Shown here piece by piece: positions 28,538 through 38,812 of a stretch of 64,000 bases of DNA. A program made the translations under genes and the position numbers. Every line of letters starts with the position of its first letter. Position 1 is the first letter of the stretch. Source of the DNA: Actinomycetota bacterium (GTDB lineage: Bacteria > Actinomycetota > UBA4738). The stretch lies in NCBI GenBank assembly GCA_046726275.1, contig JBKPAF010000011.1:613-64612 (forward strand), written 5' to 3'. Under the pieces are notes generated by a model, which did not search any database, was not told the DNA's origin, and saw nothing but the letters and a program-made list of their open reading frames with translations.

Positions 28538-28890
28538 TGGAGGTGGCGGGAATCGAACCCGCGTTCCCGGGCGACCGGCTGGGGCTTCTACGGGCGTAGC
28601 CGCCGGTCAGGTCTCACCTCGAGGCTCCCAGCGGCGGAGGACCTCTCGGCCAGCCCGGGTGCGATGTCCGGCGTCGGCCCCCAGGCAGGACCGTCACCGT
28701 GAGCCTGCTCGCGACGCCCGACCCACGGGCGCAGGCGACCCGCGGCGGACGGCTACCTAAGGTTAGTTAGGCAGCGAGCGCCATCTGTGGCTTGGCACTT
28801 GTTTGTTTCCCGGCTTTTAACGAGGCATCCGGGGACCTCGGCCCGCTTCCCCCAGGCGATAACCACCCGGGTCGAAGCCTGTTCACCCCC
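28538..28890 (-). ncRNA. ssrA: tmRNA
   Basis: 5' GGGGGUG pairs with CACCUCC-A (G3:U70); T-arm GCGGG-UUCGAUU-CCCGC; tag reading frame 28796-28767 AKPQMALAA*; near smpB; TATACT -10 at 28918-28913. Confidence 0.97.
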
Positions 28891-28954
28891 GTATTGAGTT
28901 CTCAGCCGTTCAAGTATACGAGGGGATGACGGGAGGAACCCTGGAGACAGAGAC

Positions 28955-29095
28955 TCAGAGCCGCTTGTCGCGGAGACTTCCGGAGGGGGTGCGTTTGGCC
29001 CGGACGATCTCGGGGTCCCGGGGGTCGACCGGAAGGACAGGGGTTCGGTCTTCCTTCTCCCTGCGCGCCTTCTGCTCGATCCTGATCCGTCGCAC
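28955..29095 (-). CDS. Small basic protein (46 aa), unannotated
   Basis: AGAGGAGG SD 8 nt before GTG; MRRIRIEQKARREKEDRTPVLPVDPRDPEIVRAKRTPSGSLRDKRL. Confidence 0.65.
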   Translation of the reverse strand: MRRIRIEQKARREKEDRTPVLPVDPRDPEIVRAKRTPSGSLRDKRL

Positions 29096-29116
29096 CTGAA
29101 ACGCCTCCTCTTTGCG

Positions 29117-29144
29117 TTATCGGTGGGACCTGCCTCCACCTGAG
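29117..29144 (-). promoter_or_regulatory. FliA/WhiG (sigma28)-like promoter
   Basis: CTCA-N16-ACCGATAA immediately upstream of the small ORF SD. Confidence 0.5.
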
Positions 29145-29211
29145 ACTTTTCCCGCCTGTCTTGTGTTCTAGGACTTTCGGAGGGGTGAAAAGGTTGCGGC
29201 CAGGTGACCCC

Positions 29212-29685
29212 CTATCGGGGAGTCTGCCGCCTCCGCGCGGCGAAGGCGCGCTCCATCTCGCGGCGATGCTCCCGCTCCGCGATGGCGTCTCGCTTCTCGA
29301 ACCTGCGCTTTCCCCGTCCCAGCCCGAGCTCCATCTTGGCCAGGCCCCGAGTGAAATAGATCTTCAGGGGGATGAGGGTGAGCCCGCGCTCGGCGGTTTT
29401 CCCCACCAGGCGCCTGATCTCCTCCCGGTGCAACAGGAGCTTCCGGGGGCGCTTGGGATCGTACCGGCGGGTGTCCGCCATCTCGTACGGGGGGATGTGC
29501 AGGTTTTCCACCCACACCTCCTCGCCTTCCACCCGCGCGAAGGCGTCGGACAGGCTGGCCCTGCCGGCACGCAGGGACTTGACCTCCTGTCCGGTCAGCA
29601 CCATGCCCGCTTCGAACGATTCCTCAATGGCGTAGTCGTGGCGGGCTCGTCGGTTCGTCGCGACGGTCCGGTCACCCTCGGGCAC
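29212..29685 (-). CDS. smpB: SsrA-binding protein
   Basis: NRRARHDY, EAGMVLTGQEVKSLR, RKLLLH, GKRRFEKR. Confidence 0.97.
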   Translation of the reverse strand: MPEGDRTVATNRRARHDYAIEESFEAGMVLTGQEVKSLRAGRASLSDAFARVEGEEVWVENLHIPPYEMADTRRYDPKRPRKLLLHREEIRRLVGKTAERGLTLIPLKIYFTRGLAKMELGLGRGKRRFEKRDAIAEREHRREMERAFAARRRQTPR

Positions 29686-30563
29686 TAGACGTCGAGGAAC
29701 TGCCGCATCGCGAACAGGCTGGCGATGGCGGCCACCAGCACCCCCAGGCCGATCAGCCACGGCACCGTGTAGATCACATCCGGGGTCCCGACCAGCGGAA
29801 GGAACCCGACCTTTCCTCGCAGCGGGTCGATGAAGGCGACCTTCATGATGAACAGCCCCAGGATGGCCGCCCCAGCTCCCAGGAGTCCTTCGATGATCCC
29901 TTCGATCAGGAACGGGAGCCGGATGTGCCAGTTGGTGGCTCCGACCAACCGCATGATGCCGATCTCCTTCCGCCGGTTGAACACGGCGAGTCGAACGGTG
30001 TTGCCGATGAGCGCGGCCGAGGCGATCAGCATCACGATGGCAACGGCCAGGACTCCCACACGGAACACCCGGGTGACCGCGAACAGCCGCTTCAGGATGT
30101 TCCGCTGATCCACCACCTTGTCGATCCCCGACTGGCCGGCGATCCGGGCCGACACGAGGTCGAACTTCTGGGGATCCTTGAGCTTCACCCGGAAGGACGC
30201 GGGGAGCGAGTCCGGTGAGACGTTCTCCACCAGCGCCTTCTGGTTCTTGAAGATCTCCTGGAACCGCCGCCAGGCCTCGTCCTTGGATTCGAAGTGGACG
30301 CTGGCCACCTCCGGCATCTGGTTAAGCATGTTCCCCAAGTTCTGCGACTGGGACGGGCTGATGTCGTCGCGAAGGAACACCGAGACCTCGACGTTGGCTT
30401 CAGTTCGGGCGATGAGGAGACCCACCTCGCGCTGGACCAGCAGGGCGCCGCCTACCAGGAACAGCGCGATGAAGGCGGTGGAAACTGCGGCGAAGGCCAC
30501 CAGGCCATTGCGCTTCAGCCCCTGCAAGGTCTCCTTGAAGTAGTAGTCGATCCTAAGCGCCAT
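29685..30563 (-). CDS. ftsX: Cell division permease FtsX
   Basis: [39 protein letters not shown]. Confidence 0.95.
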   Translation of the reverse strand: MALRIDYYFKETLQGLKRNGLVAFAAVSTAFIALFLVGGALLVQREVGLLIARTEANVEVSVFLRDDISPSQSQNLGNMLNQMPEVASVHFESKDEAWRRFQEIFKNQKALVENVSPDSLPASFRVKLKDPQKFDLVSARIAGQSGIDKVVDQRNILKRLFAVTRVFRVGVLAVAIVMLIASAALIGNTVRLAVFNRRKEIGIMRLVGATNWHIRLPFLIEGIIEGLLGAGAAILGLFIMKVAFIDPLRGKVGFLPLVGTPDVIYTVPWLIGLGVLVAAIASLFAMRQFLDV

Positions 30564-31239
30564 AGCCGTACACCCCTCGGGCCTGATCCCGGACCACGCG
30601 TCCCCCGTCGAGCTCGATCACCCGCCGGCGCATCGCGTCGACGATCGCGTTGTCGTGCGTGGCCATGATGACCGTGGTCCCCGTGCGATTGATCCGGTCG
30701 AGCAGCTTCATGATGTCCACCGAAGTCGCCGGGTCGAGGTTTCCGGTGGGCTCGTCGGCGAGCAGGATCAACGGCCGATTGATGAACGAGCGCGCGATCG
30801 ACACGCGCTGCTGCTCGCCGCCGGAGAGCTCGTCGGGATAGTGGCTCGCCTTGTTCCCCAACCCCACCAGGTTGAGGATCTCCGGGACCCGCTGGTCGAT
30901 GACGTGGCGCGGCTTCCCGATCACGTCGAGGGCGAAGGCCACGTTGTCGAACACGGTCTTGTCCGGCAGGAGCTTGAAGTCCTGGAAGACGGTCCCGAGA
31001 TTCCGGCGGAGATAGGGGATCTTCCAGGGGGTGAGCTTGCCGATGTGTTTCCCGGCCACGTAGATCTCACCCCTGGTGGGCTCCTCCTCCTTCAGGAGCA
31101 GCCGGATGAGCGTGGACTTCCCGGAGCCGGACGGTCCGACCACGAACACGAACTCGCCCTTCCCGACGTCGACCGAGACGTCCGCCAGGGCGACCACCGT
31201 GTCCTTGTAGGTCTTCGTGACGTTGACGAGTTTGATCAT
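30553..31239 (-). CDS. ftsE: Cell division ATP-binding protein FtsE
   Basis: [32 protein letters not shown]; adjacent to ftsX. Confidence 0.96.
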   Translation of the reverse strand: MIKLVNVTKTYKDTVVALADVSVDVGKGEFVFVVGPSGSGKSTLIRLLLKEEEPTRGEIYVAGKHIGKLTPWKIPYLRRNLGTVFQDFKLLPDKTVFDNVAFALDVIGKPRHVIDQRVPEILNLVGLGNKASHYPDELSGGEQQRVSIARSFINRPLILLADEPTGNLDPATSVDIMKLLDRINRTGTTVIMATHDNAIVDAMRRRVIELDGGRVVRDQARGVYGYGA

Positions 31240-31411
31240 GAACGGGATCTCCGCAGGTAGAAGGAGACGAGCGCCCCTTTCGGTCTCGGCATGTTAGCAA
31301 AGCCCTTTGAGCAAAGAAACGAACCCTGTGGGATGACCGGGGCGCTCGAGGCGACTCTCTCGCCTCCAACCGGGATGGGAGCACCGTTGAGTTGGGTAAA
31401 ATCCGCAATCC

Positions 31412-32728
31412 ATGGTCAACCCTCCCGCGCTCTCCGTCGTGGTCCCCGTGTGGAACGGCGAGCACAGCCTGGGGAAGCTCCTGCCCCGGCTGTCGGCGGT
31501 GCTCGACTCGGTCGTGCCGGGCCGGGGCGAGGTCATCGTGGTGCTTGCCCCCGAGGACCCCGTAGTCCCCCTGGTGGAGCGGCATGGGGCACAGGTCGTG
31601 GAGTTCGACCACCCCGGGTATGGGAACGCCCTCAACGCGGGCCTGGCCGCGGCGAAAGGCCGGTGGGTGATCACGATGGATGCGGACTTCTCTCATCACC
31701 CTGAGTTCATCAGGACCCTCTGGTTGCGCCGGAGGGAAGCCGACGTCCTCATCGCCTCGCGCTATGTGCCGGGAGCGTACGCGGCGATGCCCCTTTCCCG
31801 CCGGATCCTCTCCCGCGCGCTCAACCGGCTGTATCGGACAACACTGGCGCTCCCCCACAGCGACCTCTCCAGCGGCTTTCGCATGTACAGCCGTCCCGTC
31901 CTGGATGACGTCGGACCGGTCGGTGCCGCCGGGCTGGACTCCCTGCAGGAGATCCTCGTGAAGGCGTACAGCCAAGGATGGAAGATCCGCGAGGCTCCCC
32001 TGTTCTACCGGCAGTCGAGGACCTGGACGAGCGGGCGACTGGCCGAGCTCGGGGCCGGCTACCTGAAGACCCTGGGGCGCCTCATCGCTCTGCGCAACTC
32101 GGTGAAGTCGGCCGACTACGATCACCGGGCCTTCGACTCGTGGATCCCCCTGCAGCGCTACTGGCAGCGCGCCAGGTTCCGGGTGATCCGGGGCATGGTC
32201 GACGGCCGCACTCGCATCCTGGACATCGGATGCGGCTCGAGCCGGATCGTCCAGAGCCTCCCTCAGTCGGTCGGCATCGACATGCAGATCCGCAAGCTAA
32301 GGTGGCTTCGGGCCCCGGGCAGGCAGCTGGTCCAGGCCTCCCTCATGCAGCTTCCCTTCGAGGACGGCGCCTTCGACGCGGTGATCTGCTCCGAGGTCAT
32401 CGAGCACATTCCCCGAGACGAGATCGACCTCGGCGACATGGTCCGGGTCCTGGCCCCCGGGGGCACACTCGTTCTGGGCACCCCTGACTACGGACGCTGG
32501 ATCTGGAGAGCCCTGGAAGGCCTGTACAAGAAGATCTTCCCCCAGGGATACGCCACGGAGCACATCAATCGCTATACGCGACAGGGGCTGCGCCGGGAGA
32601 TCGAGCGCCTCGGGCTCACGGTCCTCGACGTTCAGTACGTGGCTGGCTCGGAGATGATCTTCCAGGCAGAGAGGCCGGCCGACACGTCGCCAAAGGTTCG
32701 CCCGGCTCTCCGCGTAGCTCGCGGCTAG
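31412..32728 (+). CDS. GT2 (DPM-synthase-like) glycosyltransferase fused to SAM methyltransferase
   Basis: SVVVPVWN, MDADFSH, DLSSGFR; then LDIGCGS, SEVIEH, LAPGG. Confidence 0.85.
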   Translation: MVNPPALSVVVPVWNGEHSLGKLLPRLSAVLDSVVPGRGEVIVVLAPEDPVVPLVERHGAQVVEFDHPGYGNALNAGLAAAKGRWVITMDADFSHHPEFIRTLWLRRREADVLIASRYVPGAYAAMPLSRRILSRALNRLYRTTLALPHSDLSSGFRMYSRPVLDDVGPVGAAGLDSLQEILVKAYSQGWKIREAPLFYRQSRTWTSGRLAELGAGYLKTLGRLIALRNSVKSADYDHRAFDSWIPLQRYWQRARFRVIRGMVDGRTRILDIGCGSSRIVQSLPQSVGIDMQIRKLRWLRAPGRQLVQASLMQLPFEDGAFDAVICSEVIEHIPRDEIDLGDMVRVLAPGGTLVLGTPDYGRWIWRALEGLYKKIFPQGYATEHINRYTRQGLRREIERLGLTVLDVQYVAGSEMIFQAERPADTSPKVRPALRVARG

Positions 32729-32758
32729 CCTTTTGGTAGACCGGGGGATGCAGGTCCG

Positions 32759-33878
32759 CTAGGTTTTCCCGCCGTCCTGGGTTGCCCTGCGGTGAAGCTC
32801 GGCCTCGATGAGCCGTTCGACGTCGCCGTCGAGCACGGCGTCGACGTTTCCCACCTCCACGCCGGTTCGATGGTCCTTCACCAGCCGATAGGGATGCAGG
32901 ACGTAGGAGCGGATCTGCGAGCCGAACTCGATGTCCATCCGCTGCCCGCGGAGCTTCTCGATCTCCTCCTGCCGCTCCCTGCGCATCCGGTCGGCCAGGC
33001 GAGCTTTCAGGATCCGCATGGCCACGGCCCGGTTCTGGATCTGTGAGCGCTCGTTCTGGCACGCCGCCTGGATGCCCGTGGGCAGGTGGGTGATCCGCAC
33101 GGCCGAATCGGTCACGTTGACGTGTTGCCCGCCGGCGCTGGACGAACGGAACGTTTCGATCCGCAGGTCCTTCGGATCGATCTCCACGTCTTCCTCATCG
33201 TCTTCCGGGAGGAGGGGGATCACATCCAGCGAGGCGAATGAGGTATGCCTCCGGTGGGCCTGGTCGTAGGGGGAAAGCCTGACCAGGCGGTGCACGCCTC
33301 TCTCGGCGGATAGAAGGCCGTAGGCGTTCCGCCCCTTCAGAGTGAACGTCGCGCTCTTGATTCCGGCTTCCTCACCCGGGAGGACTTCATCGAGCTCGGC
33401 CTGGAAGCCCTCGCGCTCGGCCCACCGCAGGTACATGCGGAGCAGCATCTCGGCCCAGTCCTGGGAGTCGATGCCACCGGCGCCAGCATGAAGGCTTGCC
33501 ACGGCGTCATTGGCGTCGTAAGGACCAGACAGGAGGTTAGCCAGCTCGACCCTGTCGAGGTTGGCCTCCATTGCCTCGACCCTCGATCGGAGCTCCCGGG
33601 CCATCTCGGCATCCTCTTCGGAGGAAAGCAGCTCGTCCATGGCCCGGACGTCGTCGAGCTCCTTGACGAGCCTGTCGTAGCGTTCGAGGTCGTCGTTCAG
33701 CCGGGACAGCTCGGTGGTCAGGCGCTGGCCCTTGCCGGGGTCATCCCATACCCCCTGCTCGAGGAGGCGCTGCTGCAGCTCGCCGGCGCGGGCACGCTTG
33801 CGCTCGACGTCAAAGGTACTCCTTTGCGTTCGCCACCCTGCGGGAAAGGTCCTCGATCCTGTCGCCGTACTCGCTCAT
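32759..33878 (-). CDS. prfB: Peptide chain release factor 2 (programmed +1 frameshift)
   Basis: ATG 33878; AAGGAG-TAC-CTT-TGA-C at codon 22-23 (33824-33809), and the +1 frame joins the ORF with DWAEML, GVHRLVR, GGQ. Confidence 0.96.
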
Positions 33879-33884
33879 GCGGGG

Positions 33885-36581
33885 TCAGGCGGTCATCCCG
33901 TGGCACTTCTTGTACTTCTTGCCCGACCCGCAGGGACACGGGGCGTTGCGAGGGATCTTCTCCCCGAGGGACTGGGCACTGCCGGCGGCCGGGCCGGCCG
34001 CCCCTTCGTCGCCGTGCGAGAGCTGGACCCGCTGCGGCCTGGGACGGGCCGGTTCGTCGTGGCGGACCAGCTCGACGCGGTAGATGTACCGGACGAACTC
34101 CTCCTGGATCGCGTCCTTCATCTCCTCGAACATGTCGAAGGCCTCGCGCTGATACTCCACGAGGGGGTCCCGCTGGCCGTAGGCCCGCAGGCCGATACCC
34201 TCCTGGAGGTAGTCCATCTCATACAGGTGCTCGCGCCACTTGTTGTCGATGAGGGACAGCAAGACCATGCGCTCCAGCTCGCGAAGGACCGGCTTGCCCG
34301 TGCTCTCGTCGCTCCCCAGCTCGCGTTCCTTCTGCTCATACGCCTCGTACGCGTCCTGCAGGACGATCTCCAGGACCTCGTCGGCCTCGTTCTTGTCCTC
34401 TAGATCGGCCTTGGTCAGCCGGGTCGGATACACCGAGGACAATGCGGTGACCAGGCCATCCAGATCCCATTCCTCGGGATACACGCCCTTCTGCACGAAC
34501 TGCCCCACGGTCTGCTCGACCACCTGGGACACGTACTCGAGCGCCTCCTCCCTGAGGTCTCGTCCCTCGAGGATCTTCCGCCGCTCCCCGTAGATCACCT
34601 TGCGCTGGGTGTTCATGACCTCGTCGTACTTGAGCACGTTCTTGCGGATCTCGAAGTTCTGCTCCTCCACGTTCTTCTGCGCGGTCTCGATGGCCCGGGT
34701 GACCAGCTTGGCCTGGATTGGCTCGTCCTCCGGCCAGTTGAACCGGTCCATGATGCGGCCGATCCGGTCCGAGGCGAACAGACGCATCAGGTCGTCGCCC
34801 AGCGAGAGATAGAAGCGCGATTCCCCCGGGTCGCCCTGCCGGCCGGATCGGCCTCGTAGCTGGTTGTCGATGCGCCGCGACTCGTGCCGCTCGGTGCCCA
34901 GGACGTACAACCCGCCGAGCTCAACCACCTCGTCGTGCTCGGCGTCGGTCTGCTTCTTCAACTTCTCGTAGACGGGTCCGTACTCAGCCTCGTACTCCTG
35001 GCGTTCCTCAGGATCCATCTCGAAGAGGAGGTACCGATCGTTGTCGAACCCGCGGGCGGCCATCTCCTGGCGAGCCAAGTACTCGGGGTTGCCGCCGAGC
35101 AGGATGTCCACGCCCCGGCCGGCCATGTTGGTGGCCACCGTGACGAATCCCCTCCGTCCGGCCTGCGCCACGATCATCGCTTCCTTCTCGTGCTGCTTGG
35201 CGTTCAGCACGTGGTGCGGAACGCCCCGGCGGTTCAGATAGCCCGACAGCCGTTCCGACTTCTCGATGGAGACCGTGCCGACCAGGACCGGCTGCCCGTT
35301 CTCGTTGCGCTCCACGATGTCTTCGGTCACTGCCCGCCACTTGGCGTCCTCGGTCTTGTACACCAGGTCCTGCTGGTCGGCCCGGATCATGGGTCGGTTG
35401 GTGGGAACCTCACTCACGGAGAGCTTGTAGACCTCCTCGAACTCCCGGGCCTGCGTCCTGGCGGTCCCCGTCATGCCGGCGAGCTTCTCGTACATCCGGA
35501 AGTAGTTCTGGATGGTGATGGTCGCGAGCGTCTGGTTCTCCTCTTTGACCCGGACGCTCTCCTTGGCCTCGATGGCCTGGTGGAGGCCCTCGGAGTACCT
35601 CCTGCCCTCGAGCACCCGGCCCGTGAACTCGTCGACGATCTTCACCTCACCCTGGGTGACCAGGTAGTCCACGTCGCGCTTGTACAGCTCCTTGGCCCGG
35701 ATCGCGTTGTACAGGTAGTGGACCAGCGGGGTGTTCACGTGGTCGTAGAGGTTCTCGATCCCGAGCTCCGTCTCCACCTTGTCCACCCCGGGCTCCAGGA
35801 TGGACACGGTCCTCTTCTGTTCGTCGATCTCGTAGTCGACGTCGCGCCGGAGGCGGGGACTCATCCGGGCGAAGGTCTGGTACCACTTCGTCGAGTCGGC
35901 CACCATGCCGCTGATGATGAGCGGGGTCCTGGCCTCGTCGATGAGGATCGAGTCCACCTCGTCCACGATGGCAAAGTGGTGGCCCCTCTGGACCATGTCG
36001 TCGGTCTGCATGGCCATGTTGTCCCGCAGGTAGTCGAAACCGAACTCGTTGTTGGTGCCGTGGGTGATGTCGGCGGCGTAGGCTGGCCGGCGCTGCTCGG
36101 GGGACATCTGAGCCTGGATCAGCCCGACGGACAGTCCCAGGGCCCGGTAGATCGGCCCCATCCACTCCGAGTCTCGCTTGGCCAGGTAGTCGTTGACGGT
36201 GACCATATGGACGCCCTCGCCTCCGAGGGCGTTCAGATAGGCCGGCAGGGTCGAGACGAGGGTCTTGCCTTCGCCGGTCTTCATCTCGGCGATCCTCCCC
36301 TCGTGCAAGACGACTCCGCCCATGATCTGAACGTCAAAGTGGCGCTGGCCAATGGTTCGTTTGGCCGCCTCCCGAACCAGGGCGAACGCTTCTGGCATCA
36401 GATCGTCCAGCGTCTCGCCGTCGGCAAGGCGTTGCCTGAATTCCCCGGTCTTGGCCATGAGGTCGCTATCGGTGAGCTCCTCGATTTCCTCCTCGAAGGA
36501 ATTGACCAGCCGGACGTATTCATCCAGGCGCTTGCGCCGGCGACCTTCACCGAGTTGTCCGAGCTTCTCCAGACCGACCAA
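33885..36581 (-). CDS. secA: Preprotein translocase SecA
   Basis: [57 protein letters not shown]; TTG start. Confidence 0.98.
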   Translation of the reverse strand: MVGLEKLGQLGEGRRRKRLDEYVRLVNSFEEEIEELTDSDLMAKTGEFRQRLADGETLDDLMPEAFALVREAAKRTIGQRHFDVQIMGGVVLHEGRIAEMKTGEGKTLVSTLPAYLNALGGEGVHMVTVNDYLAKRDSEWMGPIYRALGLSVGLIQAQMSPEQRRPAYAADITHGTNNEFGFDYLRDNMAMQTDDMVQRGHHFAIVDEVDSILIDEARTPLIISGMVADSTKWYQTFARMSPRLRRDVDYEIDEQKRTVSILEPGVDKVETELGIENLYDHVNTPLVHYLYNAIRAKELYKRDVDYLVTQGEVKIVDEFTGRVLEGRRYSEGLHQAIEAKESVRVKEENQTLATITIQNYFRMYEKLAGMTGTARTQAREFEEVYKLSVSEVPTNRPMIRADQQDLVYKTEDAKWRAVTEDIVERNENGQPVLVGTVSIEKSERLSGYLNRRGVPHHVLNAKQHEKEAMIVAQAGRRGFVTVATNMAGRGVDILLGGNPEYLARQEMAARGFDNDRYLLFEMDPEERQEYEAEYGPVYEKLKKQTDAEHDEVVELGGLYVLGTERHESRRIDNQLRGRSGRQGDPGESRFYLSLGDDLMRLFASDRIGRIMDRFNWPEDEPIQAKLVTRAIETAQKNVEEQNFEIRKNVLKYDEVMNTQRKVIYGERRKILEGRDLREEALEYVSQVVEQTVGQFVQKGVYPEEWDLDGLVTALSSVYPTRLTKADLEDKNEADEVLEIVLQDAYEAYEQKERELGSDESTGKPVLRELERMVLLSLIDNKWREHLYEMDYLQEGIGLRAYGQRDPLVEYQREAFDMFEEMKDAIQEEFVRYIYRVELVRHDEPARPRPQRVQLSHGDEGAAGPAAGSAQSLGEKIPRNAPCPCGSGKKYKKCHGMTA

Positions 36582-36689
36582 GGGAACTCCTCAGGGGCGA
36601 TTCAGGGGGGCCGACTTCCGATTATAGGGTCGGCCTCCTCGGGAAACGCCTGAGCGCTCCCGAAGCTTCCCTGACGTGTCGGTAACGGT

Positions 36690-37382
36690 CTATTTGATCT
36701 CGAGAAGCTTCTCGCGGACCGCGTAGACCACGGCTTCCATCCTGGAGTGGAGATGCAGTTTCTCGAGGATGTTGCGGATGTGGTTCTTCACCGTGTTCTC
36801 CGAGATGAACAGCTGCTTGGCGATGTCCCGGTTGTTGAGGCCCTGGGCTACCAGCTTGAGGACCTCCATCTCCCTCTCCGTGAGACGGGGCGCGGGGAGC
36901 TGCTGGCGCTCGTCGGCCCGCTTGGAGATGGCGGCGAACTCGGCGAGGAGCTTGGCCGCCATCGAGGGCGAGATCCGGGACTGGCCCGACCAGACGGACC
37001 TCACGGCGTCCGCCACCTCGTCGATGGAGATCTCCTTCAGCAGGTAGCCCGAGGCGCCGGCCTTGATGGCGTCGTACAGGTCGGCCTCCTCGTCGGAGAT
37101 CGTGAGCATCAGGATCTTGACGTGCGGGAGGAGGTCCTTGATGTGCTGGGTCGCCTCGATCCCGGAGCGGTGAGGCATCCGGACGTCCATGAGGATCACG
37201 TCGGGCATGGTCTCCTGGGCCTTCTGGACGGCCTCGTTGCCGTCCCCCGCTTCGCCCACGACCTCGATGTCCTTCTCCTGCTTGAGGACCATCTGGAGGC
37301 CCCGTCGAAAGAGGGCGTGATCGTCGACGATGAGAACCTTCAGCCTGTCGAGGTCGTTCCTGGCTGCCGATTCCTTGGCCAC
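36690..37382 (-). CDS. NarL/LuxR-family orphan response regulator
   Basis: VDDHALFRRG, MDVRMP, LTEREMEVL, TVKNHIRNILEKL. Confidence 0.92.
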   Translation of the reverse strand: MAKESAARNDLDRLKVLIVDDHALFRRGLQMVLKQEKDIEVVGEAGDGNEAVQKAQETMPDVILMDVRMPHRSGIEATQHIKDLLPHVKILMLTISDEEADLYDAIKAGASGYLLKEISIDEVADAVRSVWSGQSRISPSMAAKLLAEFAAISKRADERQQLPAPRLTEREMEVLKLVAQGLNNRDIAKQLFISENTVKNHIRNILEKLHLHSRMEAVVYAVREKLLEIK

Positions 37383-37455
37383 GAGCCCTCAGGTCCTAGT
37401 GGGGACGGGGTGATCCCTTTGGCGTGCCCCGTGAGAACTAGTCTGCTCGAGGATT

Positions 37456-37779
37456 CTAGCCCATCGGTCCAGCTTGCCTGCGATCACGGAGCTTTCCCCG
37501 GTACCGGGTGATCTGTCGCTCCAGCCGCTCGATCGCCTGGTCCAGCGCCGTGTCGACGTCCTTCCCCGTGCCCGCGGCCCGGAAGACGTGCCGGGCCGTG
37601 TCGCACGCGACCTCGACCCGGTGGCTCCCGTTGATCCGAGGGTTGTGCTCCAAGGTGAGCTCGACCTCCAGCCGTCGGACCCTCGGCTCGAGTCGCTCGA
37701 TCTTCGCGGTCTTGTGCTCGGCGGTCTTGCGGATCTGATCGGTGATGCGGACCCCTCGGCCCTTGAGGACGAGATCCAC
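37456..37779 (-). CDS. raiA: Ribosome hibernation factor (RaiA/HPF), short form
   Basis: KGRGVRITD, RVEV, ALDQAIERLERQITRYRGK; comF-raiA-RR-secA synteny. Confidence 0.88.
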   Translation of the reverse strand: MDLVLKGRGVRITDQIRKTAEHKTAKIERLEPRVRRLEVELTLEHNPRINGSHRVEVACDTARHVFRAAGTGKDVDTALDQAIERLERQITRYRGKLRDRRQAGPMG

Positions 37780-37813
37780 TCGTCATCCCTCCCGCGGTCC
37801 TAACGAGGGAAAC

Positions 37814-38049
37814 GGCTCCCACCCGGCTGACCTGGTCTTTGGCCCCACACTCGCCTGCGGAGGGGTTCGCCGCCGAAGAGGCGGTTTAGCGCCTTCTCCC
37901 GAGCGGCGGTGCCGCGCGGGGCAGGACTTACATCTAAGCCGCACCATGCTCAGCGACCAACGGTCGCCTTACGTGGGTCGTTTCGCCTGCGACTAGCATC
38001 GACTACCGGGAGTATCTCCCCCGGGCAACCACAGACCCGGGCGGGAACC
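37814..38049 (-). ncRNA. raiA motif RNA
   Basis: Conserved blocks GGUCUGUGGUUG, AGUCGAUGCUAGUCGCAGGCGAAACGACCCACGUAAG, UGAGCAUGGUGCGGCUUAGA-GUAAGUCCUGCC, GCAGGCGAGUGUGGGGCCAAAGACCAGGUCAGCC; closing P1; lies between comF and raiA. Confidence 0.93.
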
Positions 38050-38776
38050 TCGCCGGATTATAACAACGGGCCGGAACGCCCCCTCCGAGGGACCTCGCCG
38101 CGGTGAGGACACCGACATCTGCGGCCCCCGCTGTCCGCAAGACCGCGGCGCACTCCGCGGCGGTGGCGCCACTGGTCAGCACGTCATCGACCAGGACCAC
38201 CAGGTCCGACGAGACCGGGCCTACCGAGGCGAACGCTCCCCGCAGGGCGCGGCGCCGCTCCGTCCCCGGTCGGCGAGCTTGCGGGTCCGTGTCCACTGCC
38301 CGGCGAAGCAAGGGCGCGACGGGCCACCCGGCCAGCCTACCGACCGCTCGGGTCAGGACCTCTGCCTGGTCATACCCGCGCTCCCGCCGGCGCCGAGGCC
38401 CAAGTGGCACCCAGGTCAGGACGAACGGATCGCCCTTACGGATCGCCGCGGCGACGGGCGGGGCCCTCGCCAGCGCTTCCACCATCGCCGGGGCGAACGC
38501 ATGAGCGGTGTGGGACAGGCCCGAGAACTTGAGCCGCATGAGGGCGGCCCGGACCGGCCCGTCGTAGAGGAACGCGGAGCGAGACCAACCCAGGACCGGT
38601 GGCGGGCAGTCGGAGCACGTCCCTACCCACCAGTCGAACGGCCGTCCGCATCGCCGGCAGCCCGGAGGGGCCAGGCAGGCGACGTGCTCGCCGCATCGCC
38701 GGCAGAACGGCCACGGTCGACCGCGGCAGCCGACGCACGATCGCGGGAACAGGACGTCGAGCACGCTGCTGAGCAT
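38003..38776 (-). CDS. comF: ComF family protein (double zinc ribbon + PRTase)
   Basis: Four CxxC pairs, RGYDQA, LVDDVLTSGAT. Confidence 0.9.
   Translation of the reverse strand: MLSSVLDVLFPRSCVGCRGRPWPFCRRCGEHVACLAPPGCRRCGRPFDWWVGTCSDCPPPVLGWSRSAFLYDGPVRAALMRLKFSGLSHTAHAFAPAMVEALARAPPVAAAIRKGDPFVLTWVPLGPRRRRERGYDQAEVLTRAVGRLAGWPVAPLLRRAVDTDPQARRPGTERRRALRGAFASVGPVSSDLVVLVDDVLTSGATAAECAAVLRTAGAADVGVLTAARSLGGGVPARCYNPARFPPGSVVARGRYSR
38057..38065 (-). promoter_or_regulatory. Extended -10 promoter of raiA RNA
   Basis: TGT-TATAAT ~7 nt upstream of P1, inside the comF 3' end. Confidence 0.7.
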
Positions 38777-38812
38777 GCGCGGAGGGTATCGAGGCCCACC
38801 GACACCTCTCGT

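Noticed and set aside
28753-29139. 128-aa minus-strand ORF
   Set aside because: Runs into the tmRNA gene and its promoter; the 46-aa ORF in another frame has the SD.
32759-33878. prfB as a frameshifted pseudogene
   Set aside because: Canonical SD + CTT TGA C programmed frameshift site.
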